Of a stretch of 64,000 nucleotides of DNA, positions 26,701-39,315 are shown piece by piece. This stretch comes from Sphagnum compactum. Lineage: Eukaryota. Both the position numbers and the translations under genes were made by a program. Below the pieces are notes generated by a model. The model ran no database searches. It saw only the letters and a list, made by a program, of their open reading frames with translations, and had not been told where the DNA came from. The stretch spans positions 26,526,213 through 26,590,212 of the forward strand of contig OZ234493.1 of assembly GCA_965153455.1 (NCBI GenBank). Reading direction: 5' to 3'. The first letter of the stretch is position 1; the number at the start of each line of letters is the position of its first letter.

Positions 26701-29700
26701 CATGCCTTGTTTCGTCCTTGCCATTTTTTACCCTTTTTCTTGGTCTCAGTGATGGTTTTTTGTAAAATTGATTGTGCTTCTTTGATTGAGATTGAAATCA
26801 ATTCAATACATGTTTTGAAGTCATCTATGGTAGACATGCAATACTTGGACATTATGACGTGGCCCCAATGAGTCCTTACAAAAGGTGCCAATGGTCCCAA
26901 CAACCCCAAAATTTCATAAAACACAATAAATGTTAACATGAAAGTCATGGTGGAAAGATTATTCCCTTCATTTTTTACATACATAAAAACATGAACATTA
27001 ATCTCATTTGTTTTGCAAGCACATCATTCGCTTATGAAGCAAAAAATCTAGAGTTTGTGTTCTCCACATGAAAACCAAAGTAAAATAAATAAATAAATGG
27101 TTTCTTCAAAATCCTTAAACCCCAAACTAGAATGGGATTTTTTAAAATATCTTGGTTTGGTTTTAGTTTTTGAATGATTTTGGAACCAAACTTCAAATTT
27201 GGTTTCGGTTACTTAGAATTTCATAATAAAGGGACGATTCCAATCTAGTTCCATAATTGATTTCCCTATTCTAATTTCAATTCCAAAAATGAGATTTGAT
27301 TTTAGTTTTAGTTTCAAAACTTAACTGGAACTAAATCGAAGTAATTGAATCCACCCAATACTTGGTCAAGATTAATCAATAAGAAGCTTAGAACATTTTT
27401 TTTGTGACTAGATACATTAATGTGGGTAGGTATATGGGTTCGTATATATGAATAACATGTTGTGTGCTATTGGATTTATGCCCACATTAAAAAAACTAAC
27501 AATATCACACAAATAGAAACATGCACACAAAGTACAAAAGATGAGGTTGCAAAGCTGCACCTTAAAAATAATCCCCCCCCCCCCCCCCTTAAAAAAAATT
27601 TGGAACCAAGTTCACACTTAATTAAGTTCCAACAACAAATAAACCTTTACAAAAAATGTTGTTTTGAAATAAATATTTTATTATTGAGTAAACATACACA
27701 TGTTCAAAACATCCCAATTTTGGTGAATTTAATAATGTATAGGATTTGCAAATTAATCAACTTAGGTAAATGTAAAAGGATAAACATTTACCCTATTCAC
27801 AAGTTGGTAAGGGTACTAAAGGCAAATATTTTACCATTTACACTACATTTACCTTATGCATATAAACATGTAAAGTGTTGGGTAAAGTGAAATATCTATT
27901 ATATATGTACAAGTATGGAAAAGTGGAAAAAGATAAAAAAAAACACTTAATTTTGCAACTAGAATTGCAAACATAAACTCATAACACTTAACACCATCAT
28001 TGGGGAAATTTTGAGTAAAATCGAAAGAAACCCTCAGCAATTTTGATGGTACATTCCAAGAATTTTCATAATGTCAAATGATAACATATTTAAAAGGTTC
28101 AAAAACTAGAAGGTAATGATCTTGCCCAAAGTAAGTAATTTTTTAAAAAGTTAAAATTATATATATATAATGAATCAACCACCATGTCTTAAATAAATCC
28201 TTCATAACCAAATGCATTACTTGGATGAAAATTAGTAATGGATGAAAGTTGTAGGCAAAAGTTGGATAGTGAAGGTGGATGGGAAAGGTTTCTATTGATT
28301 AATTTTGGAAGCTTATGAAGGTAAATTGAGGAAGTTATGTTTGACGTTCAACATTGGGCAAACTAACTTGCAACTTTGGATGTATTCTATCACATTTCAC
28401 ATTCACCCCAAGTATTGACCAAGCAAATTCAAAAACCAATCCACCTGTTGTTGGAAGTGCATAACTTTAAAACACCTTTGGGCACTTGGGTGCATGCACC
28501 CCAAATATACCCACACACTTTACTTTCATCAAACAATGGATGTTGTGCACCTTATTTTCATCAAATAATGGGTGATGTGCACCTTACTTTTATTAAACAA
28601 TGGTTGGTGTGCACCTTATTTTTCCATCTTAGGGTGCAATAAACTAAGTATACTACGACCGTAAATGGATCTAATGTACTCTCCATCTTCACTTTGGGTC
28701 CAAGCATGGTAAAGTAGACCAAAGAATTACCTTGCAACATAAATAGAAAGTGGCCATCAAGTAGGCCTTAGTATATTGAATTTAAAAATATTATTTACTT
28801 CAATGATTAATTATATGAAGTTTTTTGACTTTATTACAACTATATTTGAAACCACATGTTTAAAATAAGTTTTTATATATTCATCAAAATTTAAGCAAAT
28901 GTCAAAACCTACTAATTAAATTGCAAGTAGATTAAATGGCATGCAAAACATACTAGTGGACTTTTAATTTTTTCATAGTAGAATCAAAATATATTTAACC
29001 TTTAATGTATAAGTAATAATGAGCACAACGTTAACTTGTTAGTTTCATTCTTATTTGTTGCCAATTTTTATTGTATTAAAATTTTTCAAATTTTGTATTT
29101 AATTCATCAAAACTCAATGGAAGCATGGAGGCTACCATAATGAAACTCTTAAAAAGTTTTGAATCTACTTTCTTATGTTTATGTTGAAACTTGCCATATT
29201 TGAAATTTGGATTTGAACAAACGTACTTTTTGGTTCATTTTACCATGCTTGGACCCCTTTGCAAATTGTTTTTGATTATGCTGAAATGTTACATTAGCCA
29301 CACCATCTTACATCTCAAAATAGTTTAGTTTAGTGAAAGATGTACCCACTTGCGAATCTCATATATATAACTAAAAGCCATAGATGCACATTACATCCCC
29401 TATCTAAAACTATTCTTGATCTTTGCATGATTTATTAATTTATGAAATTCATTCTAACTCCATGTTAGATAATCAATGAAAATTTCCATTTGCCCACAAA
29501 ACATCACAATTTACAAAATATAATATAGGTGCTTACAATGCACCCACTTCCCTCACGACCCCAAGGAACTTGCCATCATTGTGATGAAATCCATGTGAGT
29601 GTAGGTGAAATTTTTTCCACTTCTCATTTTGTATTATTTGCGATTTTCAAGTGGATCCAAAGTGATGGGATAGATCTATCCATATCTTGGAGGAAGAATG

Positions 29701-32700
29701 AAGGTGGGCATTAGTATACTTGCATCCAAAACTCGATGAGCCTCCCACTTATTGAATTGTTGAATTAAAAGCTTGAATACTATAGGACATGTTGGATACT
29801 TTTATTATTGCAAGTTGTCACCTAAGCATCTACATCTAACAAAATATTGACTAGGGCAAAACTCCCATCACCAAAAAGATTTTGAAAACATTTCAATGGT
29901 TGATTGATAACTAGGCTATATTTTTCATCACCAAAAAGATTATGAGGAGGACATTTTGGCTACTTGCAAAGGAAAAATCTAGCTTCTTCCACCATTGTAA
30001 CCTTGCCTTGAGTGAAATTAGTCCCTTCTTGCACAAGCCATATTGTAGGCACAATCAAACTATCCACCACATACTTCCTCCATTTGTCTCCAACATAACA
30101 TTTGAAGTTGTCATGAGAAAACTATAACTTGTGAATTGAGGTCACCTCACTTTTAAAGCCATGCCAAGACCCATAATAACATGGAGTAAGAATATAGTGA
30201 AAAGGATTCATGGCCTACAATGAAAGAATGTAGTCAATGTAACCTTTGTTTCCAAGACGATGTTTGAATGTGACAATCAACCTCCAAATGTTTGGTGAAC
30301 ACAAGGTGCAAACTTCTCCATCACTTAATATAGTTTAAAAGCTCCTCAAGTCCCTCACCATCCTCAATGAATAGGTGGTGAAACAAAAATGTTTTATTTG
30401 CAACCAATGCAATTGCATTAGGTGTACAAAAAACCTCCACTTTAATCAATCCCTTGATCTTTTCCAAAGCCTCTCTACATTTGTCATTGGCAATAAGATA
30501 CACATGTGTGTTAAGGTGAATTGTAGCTCTTGAAAGGGTGTCAAGTTTGTGATTGACTTAATACATTTGAGATATATATGTGTCTACACATAGAAGGGAA
30601 AAAAACCACAAAAACTTACATGTAACGGTATATATTAAATGACCTCAAACATATTTCTTTCATTGGGAAGGTGAGCCAATTCATTGTTCCATGCACCTTC
30701 ATTGTGAACACCAAATTGCACAAGGTCACAAATGTTGTTCTAACATTATAAATGGCCAAAACATCTAGTGATTCTAAAACCCAATCTAAAATAAAATTTA
30801 GTTATTTTAACCTTGCATTACATGTGACCATTCTAATTCCTATTTATTCTTGCATTTGACCATAATGTCCCAATGGATGGTGAAGATAGGGAAGTTCAAT
30901 TAAAAAATCACTGTCAAATTTCATCAAAAGGTAGGGCACAATTTCAATTTTGATTTTGGAATATTCCAAAGACCTCAAGTTGTTCGATGCATGCGATGTA
31001 TGAGACATTGCCTTGAAAGATTTGACAACATTGAAAATAATGGTTGTGTGTGGAATCGATAGTTCAACAATGGATTCATTCCCACTTTAAGAAGAGGAAG
31101 GCCTTTCACAAAGGAGACCTGAAATGAAGTATGCAAATGAAGAAAAGTCCCATATTTGTTGAAAAAGTCACACAAACCAACAAATGTTGACTTTTTGGGA
31201 AAGATGACTCCTCCTTCATTGCTTGATCATTTGGTTTTTATTTCACTTTGATACCATTCAAGGTTGCACTAATGATGGATGCAACGGTCCTTGATGTGAC
31301 GATGGTATCATGATAATGTTTATAGAGGGTTTTCCCAACAATCATGTATATGTCAATATTGACCATCTAATTCAATCCGTGTGTTCCAAAAACAAAAACT
31401 TGATATATGGTGCTTATGACCACATTTTTTCAACATAAACAACATCCTTCTAAATGTGCATAGAACTAGGTTAGATTCCAATTATGGCACAAAGGCATTT
31501 TTCCATGACTTGAACAACTCCCAAATCATTAACCAAGATGTTGAGGTTAGGCTTTCCTTTTGTGTGAAAAGTTACCATCTTTGATAATGAACACTAGCAA
31601 GAAATGCAAAGAAGACATAGGAAACAAATTAATTGTTTCTAATGCTAAAATACAATTTCTAAAAGGTGAAATAGGAAAGCTAGATTGGATATTACACAAG
31701 AGTTGAAAGAAATAAATGAAATTCAAGAAACAATGGAAAAAAAAAGTTGTGAATATTTAATGATAAATTTTGTTATGAAAAAGATTGTCTACAAACCCAA
31801 CAAGCAATTGAAACAATAAACACAACAAATGACGATGGTGGCAATGTCAAACAAAGGAAACCTAAGTTAAATATTACATAGGATTTTTTTATAAAAAACA
31901 TCAAATACAAATATGAAACAAGTTCTAAAAACAAATTCCACAAAGAAAAGCCTCCAAGAATCGGATCCACAACAAATATAGTGTATGTTTACAAATTTAT
32001 ATGTAGTAGCATCATGTTTAATATGCATTTATTATGGACATTGGCCCAATACATTGCTTTATAAAGAATGTTAGCATGGAACATAACCTTTAGAAATCAT
32101 TGAATATGAAATAAATAATGAAAGTCAAAAGATGAGAAGGATTAGAAATATTATGATTTTATGGTCTAAAGGACAACTTAACACATTCTAATAATATGGA
32201 ATATGTGTTCACATATTCCAGTATGATTTTGGTTGCTGATGTGGATAAGTATTATTTGTAGCAATTATGGCATGGGAAAAAATCATATTGAAAGGATTAG
32301 GAGACAAGACTTTTTATTGTCAAAATTTGGTTTGAAGGTCATGGTAAATAGGATAGTAAGCTTTGTTTAAAACATACAGAGATATTTCATCATAACTAAA
32401 GATTTTTTTTGAATACCACAACTATTGGCATAAAGTATTAAGCTAAGAAAATAGGTGACAAAGAAAGGTATGAATAGAAATTTTGTTGAATCTAATGAAT
32501 GCAACAAAACATGCCAAATAAGTTCATTTTATTTTTTAATGGGGACGGGGGTTTGTGTAGAAAATTTCATTTTTTTGGAAGTGAATAATAATATATGGTG
32601 AAAAGGTGGTAGATGGGAAACATGCCCTATCCATGAACCTAGGCCAAAAATTGGGAAAAAATAGGTAGGCAAAAATGATTTGTACCTACAACAAGGGAAA

Positions 32701-35700
32701 GCAAAATGCCATTCATTGAAAACACCTTTTCAAAAAAAATTCTTTAATTCTTTTCCTTGTAACCTATATAAGTAGTGTAATTAATATGTCCCATATGTCT
32801 TCAAATTATACTCTTGCAGGTTATATTTATTTTGGAAATATTGAAACTTGATTGATTTTTGTTTATATTTTCCAAAAAAAAATGCCAATAAAAAATGATT
32901 AAACTTTGGGGTTGCCCAAAACTAAGTAATTTGAATCACAATAACATAACATAGTATGAAAAAAAATTGAACCAAACTTTGCTGAATATACTAAACACTA
33001 AACATATTAAATTTTGTATGATGGAGTTTACATATAAACTGTTTTCATGCTATAAAAAATACAATTATCAATTTGTTGACCTTTCATTCACAAGTTGAAA
33101 AGAAATGACTAAGAAATTCATTAGTAAGGTATATCTTATATACTTTATATTTGAAGTCAACAAATGCCAATTTTGTTTTCCAATTATAAAAAAAAATTCA
33201 CCAAACCCAAAATTCACATGTTTAAAATAATGAAAAAACTATTAATGATGCCAATATTTGTCAAAATGTTGTTTGATATAGATATTGTGTGAAAAGGCCA
33301 AGATGCCTTATTTCATAAAATAATTACGGTACTAACAACTAGTACCTTAAGGAATGTTGAAAATTTGACCAAAAAATCATTAGATGTAGTTCATTTCTAG
33401 TTTATTAGTAGTTGATTTATAGTTAACTTGTAATTCATTTCTAGTTTATTGGTTGTTCATATTTTTAAAAAGGTTCTCAAAAAAATTCTTTGGATGATGG
33501 GCATGTGGAAGCCTCCATGGAATTTTTTGAACTAAGTTCCCAAAGGGGTATAAATGAAGGTTGGACCCCATTATCTTTAATTTGTTCAACAATAATCTAA
33601 GTTTATATCTTGCAACATAACCTTGTTTATTTTTTATTTTGTTTATAATAATAAAGTTCTATAAAACCTATGTTTTGCACATTTCATGTTATTGTCTTTG
33701 ATTTTTGTGCTTAGAATTAAAATTAGGCTTGTTTTTGTTATGGTTGGCTCATGTCTTTTGGGAAACCTTTTGGTTGTTTTCATGTTTGTCAAAATTGCTT
33801 GTTTGTCAATCCTAACCCCATATTATTAGGTAATCATATTGTAGTTGTCTTGATGCCAAAAGGAACATAAAAATTAAAAGAAAATAAGTTGAATCTTGCT
33901 ATCAAAGTTTATTAGCTTGCCATTGCATCGTGTATACAAAACCCATATAAAACATTTAAAGTTGCATTTGTGAAATTCCCCCCAATGCAACAACCATCAC
34001 TAATCTCAATACCACACTAACACACCTCAAGGGGTCAACTATGTGATGGATCATTTGAAAACCTTGGAAAAGGCTTGTAGAAAAAATATAACATTAAATG
34101 AACTTGACACACATGCAATTTGCTCAATACCAATCATGCATGCATAGATTTATATAAAGTTATAGCACCTTCATTCATAGGTTCATTTCTAACTCTCCAA
34201 CGTATTCCATAGCTACAACTTTCTTAGGTATGTACTAAAAAATACAAGATAACATGACATATCTAAGGATATCTACATGTGCATTTGAATATCTCTTATC
34301 CTACACATTTGTTAAACATACAAGGTATTACTTTGTTATGCGCTACTAGATTGATGCCCAACACTCTTGAAACTAACAAAGTCAAACATATGAAAACATG
34401 CACCTGTCATGTTTTAGGAAAACTCACATGTGATGTGTAAGAATCCAAGTTCAAAATACAACAAAACACAATCATGTTTATTTTGTGTGCTTTGGAATTT
34501 CAAAACAAAAAAGATAAGATTCTTGAAACACACCATGGGGATAAACCCCATAACACAAAAATATTAGAACCATGTTCACATGAAATTGAGTTCCAACAAT
34601 ACATAACAAATTGCAATAACATATTAACTTGTAACAAATACCTAACAACTCACCCATCAAGCAAAAGAACCAAACATCCACAAAGAGAACCCCATGAAGA
34701 CTTGATGTTGTATCAATGTATGGGAAGAAGTCTTGTGACAATTGCCAATCAATGCCCCTTTCATTATGCTCTTCATCAAATTTCATGCACAATACATGTT
34801 ATGAGAAGAACTTTGTAGTTTGTAGAGCTAGGTTTACATCATTTCTATTAACACACCTTGAATCACGAGTGAAAATACACTAGCAAGGAAAGAGATTCAA
34901 GTGTTTGGCACCTCTATATGTATAGTCACAATCCCAATTTTGCTATCATAATTCTACATACCTCTTGGTTACCTAAATTGCAAAATATGTACCCAAATCA
35001 TTGTCACTAGCTTACTATGCCAACATCTCCTTGTCGACAAAAAAAAACCTTTTGACACAAGGCATAATTTAGTGACACCAATTTCATGTCCAAAATCAGT
35101 AAAGAAGTCATCAATGGATAGAAGCAAAATATGAAAACAAGGTCATGATATAATGGAAGCATTAGGCATACAAAATGTCTCAAGGCATGAACATGTGAAT
35201 GAGTGCTTTGTGGGAAAAAAACTTCTACTTGATTATTGAAAAACTCCACAACCACATTTTGAAGGTCAAATGACATTGAGTATGGTTGAAAGTCACTTAT
35301 GAGAGTTGGTCACAAATTGTCAAACAAGAACCTACACCATTAATAACAATGGCACACTACCATGACTCCACACTCTGTTGACAGGTAACATATGCAATCT
35401 CTGAAACAGTTTTCCTTGAAGAAGAAGAAAAATGCCTACTGATTGCACAATGAACCAAATCAAGAAAGATAGGATCATGGCAACATCATTCTTGGTTCAA
35501 AATGAAGAGTTTAGGGCTCAACATTTTGACTTAAAAGAGTTTCCAATCTGCGAGAACAAATGAAACTGTTGTGACTGTGCAAAAGAAACAACACAAAATG
35601 TTGAACCCAATGGGCAACAATCTTTCCTTGAGGAATCCCGTAGACTGAGAATTTCATATCCTGAGAATTGCCAAATTTTGCTGCGTAATTATATGATTAT

Positions 35701-38484
35701 CCCATCATCATCATAAATCTAGTGACTATTGAAGAAGGGCAAAAAAATTCAAAGGAGGCCCACAACTAAAGAAACCTAATCCCAACCTAATGTTCAAGAG
35801 ATAAAATCACAAATAAAAATTCTCATTGAATTGCGCAAAAACTGCCACATGAGAAACCATAGAAGGAGAGACAGTAAGAAAGACTTACAAAGACTCAAAT
35901 ATTGCTTGAAGAAATCAACCTAAAAGCTCAAAACAGCTGGCAAAACAAAACTGTGTAAAACAATTTTCCAGTATTGAGCAAACACACTTCTTGTTCTCAT
36001 CGTCCACAATCAGAGCTTGCATCTTGTCCCTCAACCTCTAAACTTTCAAGTCAAAACCCCTAATGAAAAATGCAAAACAAAACTGTCAGCAAATCCAATA
36101 GCAGAAGGAAGTTAACAACATAACACAACTTCTTCTTGTTCTTAGAACGCACCAAAGCTCACCAAAGTGCGGCAAATAAAAAATCAAAGTACCTTTAGGT
36201 CTCAAGATCTCACTGAACGAGTGACATGGCCTCAGCAGGTTCTAGAATTTTGTTTTGTAGTTGCCATAAGCCTCCTCCTCAATTAGAATATCAAGGAGTG
36301 GGGATTGTACATACCTCCTCCTCCTAAAGTACATTTACCAACTTTTACTACCATCAAATTGTTCATGGCCAAATTTATTTTGATATTAACATGATACCAA
36401 TTTGTTTTTAGCATTTGATATAAATTAATCTTGCCCATGCATAAAATAGGCAGATTTGTAAATATTTTCATTTGCTTGTTGTAGCAGGTCATATGTTTTT
36501 TGGGGACCACGTCTGCAAGCTCCTTTAGAAGGGGGCAAAATAACCTCAAAGATGACTAAGATTCAAACCTCATTGCACACAACATTTTCTGTCCAAAGAA
36601 AGGTCCAAGGGCAAAATTCTGAAACATTCTTAACATTTATATTTCTGGGACATTCAAGTAAGAAAGTGATGCATCCAAAGCCAACCAGAAATTCTTTAGC
36701 ACTTTAAAACTTTCTCATTTCTGAAATATGAATGTGACCAACAATCCACTATGCATCCAATTTAAAAAGAAGTAGCCAAAAGACCTGAACGTATTGCAGA
36801 TAAAGCAGTAACTGACCACCATCTTTGGCTGCATGTGGAAAACATGCCATAGTAATCCAAGTTTGCATAGTTCTCGCCTTCACATGGTAGTAGAAAGCTT
36901 GAGAGGAACCAAGTTAAATGAAAAAAAACTAACAAGGCATGTCTGCCTGTTGATTGCAGAACCCTTACTTCTTCTATATATTTCCACAGCAAGTATTTAG
37001 GTCTTTTAGTTTTCCCCATTTCAGCACAACAAAAACATGCTGAAGAAATCAATATGATGTACACACTTACTTACAATCCTTGTTATTTTATGTTCCAGTC
37101 TAGAACAATTCTACAGATGTGGTACTGATAATACTTGCCCATTCCTCCAAATACATACCATAAGATTATAAAATTCATCCAAAATTATGACAGTCATCAG
37201 ACTCCTGCAACCTCATGGCAACAAGTCCCAACAAGTCCAAAACTTGCTTACCAGAAACTATCACAACAAATACGGTCTCTACATGCCAAAACAAGAGATA
37301 TCATAACAATTTGTTGATAGATATTACAACAAAATTATAGATACCATATCTCTAGGTATAAGTTAAACAGATCTCTCAACCCAATTAACAAACCCTCACA
37401 AAGAAACTGTAACCCTGTTAAAAAGCTGCGAATACAGTGAGCCCAACATGAGTTGAACAGATTGTTTTTACTACAGCTATGTAGGTACTTACACTTGCAG
37501 TGAAGACAGTAGGTCCCTTTTACGAAAACTTATCAATGTGATAATTTTGAAAAATCATACATATGAGATTGTGGAGAAGTATCCACCCAAAAAAATTCAA
37601 AAAAAATAAATCTGTCAGTTCCAGCAAAAGTAAAACTACCACAACAAGAATGAGTGCAATTGTAACCTGCTTATGCATGCCACTCACAAAGTGTTAGACC
37701 ATCACCTTCAGCATAGCAGTGACAAGCTGCCATGACTTCCCCACTGACTTTATCAGCTCCTGATGATTTGTAGTGAGATACATAAAATCCACCAATTTTT
37801 TTGTGCAAACCACTATACAAACATCTGCATCCTGAATTCCAGTTGCATTCCAGAAGTAACTGGGAACAGTTTTGAAGTTGGCTGGCAGGCAATAGATATG
37901 GCTAATAAAAAACATGAATAGTATCCTCATTGTGAGGGTGTACTTCATTCGCGGTAGCTTGTCCAGTACAAGCAAGCTTCTAAGCTTAAGGCATACAGAG
38001 GCCTACACAGAGAATAGTGGTTGGACCTCCAGCACAGTGAACATGTCCTTTAAGCACACAAATGGGGACTACTTGGATGCAGAACATCCACTAAAGCCAC
38101 TGCAAAACATATCTATGAGCTTGCAGATCAAACTCAATAACAACACTCACAATATAAAAACATACCCTGGCCGCTAATATACTGTAAGAAGTCACCACCC
38201 AGATGAACTTAGACTAATACTCCTCTTGCTCCATCTGGAACAATATTTCTCTAAGATTGCAGAGAAAAATCCACAACAACATTCTAAAGGTCACCTGCAA
38301 AGAAAATATTCAAAGACAAAAAATAATTTTGTGACTGCATGATAAATCAAACAGCATATGTAGATCAACCTAAGATGACATCAACCAGATGGAAGGAAAG
38401 ACCACTGAAAAGTCAGCTTCTGTGATATACCCATTAGCATATACAAGTTCAAAACATGCCAATCTGGAGGTAGAATCAAAGGAC

Positions 38485-38942
38485 CTGTACAAAATAACAG
38501 CACTGTGTTTATCCTGCTCCACCTTCTACACCACAAACTTAGCCTGTTCAGCATATTGCAGAGCAGCTTGCTTTCTTAAATGGGCTGCCAACCTGAATCT
38601 GAGACTGGGGTTGGGAGAAATTGTTGAATGCAATATTCAAAGTTTGCTGTTTACTCATGAAGAACAACTCTTCACATCTATCAACTGACAACCCATCATA
38701 CAAAAAAGTAGGAACCCCTAGGCATTCATCCTCAACACCTGTTCAGGCATTGACTGCCCACCTCCATGTTGCATTATAAGCTGGCTAGCAAAATACTGAG
38801 CAAGAACAGCCTTTAGGGTTCCCTGGACAATGGATGACACAACTGCTCTCATAGTCCTGACCAGCTTTTGATAGACTGTCAGAAGTCGGTCTGCCCGTTG
38901 GTCTGCCCTTGGTCATGTCAACACTCTCAATGTTATCTTAAC
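38485..38942 (-). pseudogene. PHB: Prohibitin (plant PHB1/2/6-type, SPFH family) pseudogene fragment, two exons
   Basis: Exon 38942-38762 reads VKITLRVLT*PRAD..RLLTVYQKL..SSIVQGTLKAVLAQYFASQLIMQ. Exon 38692-38485 reads VVS**M*RVVLHE*TANF..NIA...KQAALQYAEQAKFVV*KVEQDKHSAVI. Both match prohibitin motifs VKIGLRVLTRP, SIIxETLKAVVAQYNASQLITQRE and KQVAAQEAERAKFIVEKAEQDKRSAVI. A 69-bp intron is retained; there are stops and frameshifts. Confidence 0.85.
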
Positions 38943-38949
38943 CCTCTTA

Positions 38950-39315
38950 GAGCATCTCCACCGGTGCTCAGTATTCGACTCCAGAGAGTAAAATTTATTG
39001 TGAAAAAGTCAAAATGTGCCGGTTTAGCTCAGGAAATTAGTTTTTCTGCACCAAATTAGTGCAGCTTGCCGTGGCTGGTAAAAGTCGCAACACAACTGTG
39101 CACCTCCAAAAAAGAGTGTAATGAATTGGACCTGACTGCGGTTCAGTATTTCTGATTGGTCTTCATAATGATTGGTCCAGGTGGTTTGCTATTAGTAGTT
39201 CCCACGTATATGCAGCTCCAGTTTTATTGGTGGGGTTGCCAAAAAAAAAACAGCTATACTTAGACATTTAATTTTATTATCCAGAGTAACATACTGAGCA
39301 CCGGTGGAGATGCTC
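38950..39315. mobile_element. PIF/Harbinger MITE, GAGCATCTCC family, copy 3
   Basis: TIRs GAGCATCTCCACCGGTGCTCAGTAT and ATACTGAGCACCGGTGGAGATGCTC. TTA TSD (38947-38949, 39316-39318). Inserted a few bases from the boundary of the prohibitin exon. Confidence 0.92.

Noticed and set aside
29500..35350. Named transposase or gene relics (also about 11900-12900)
   Set aside because: Looks like highly decayed transposon coding DNA, but I could not read any diagnostic motif with confidence.
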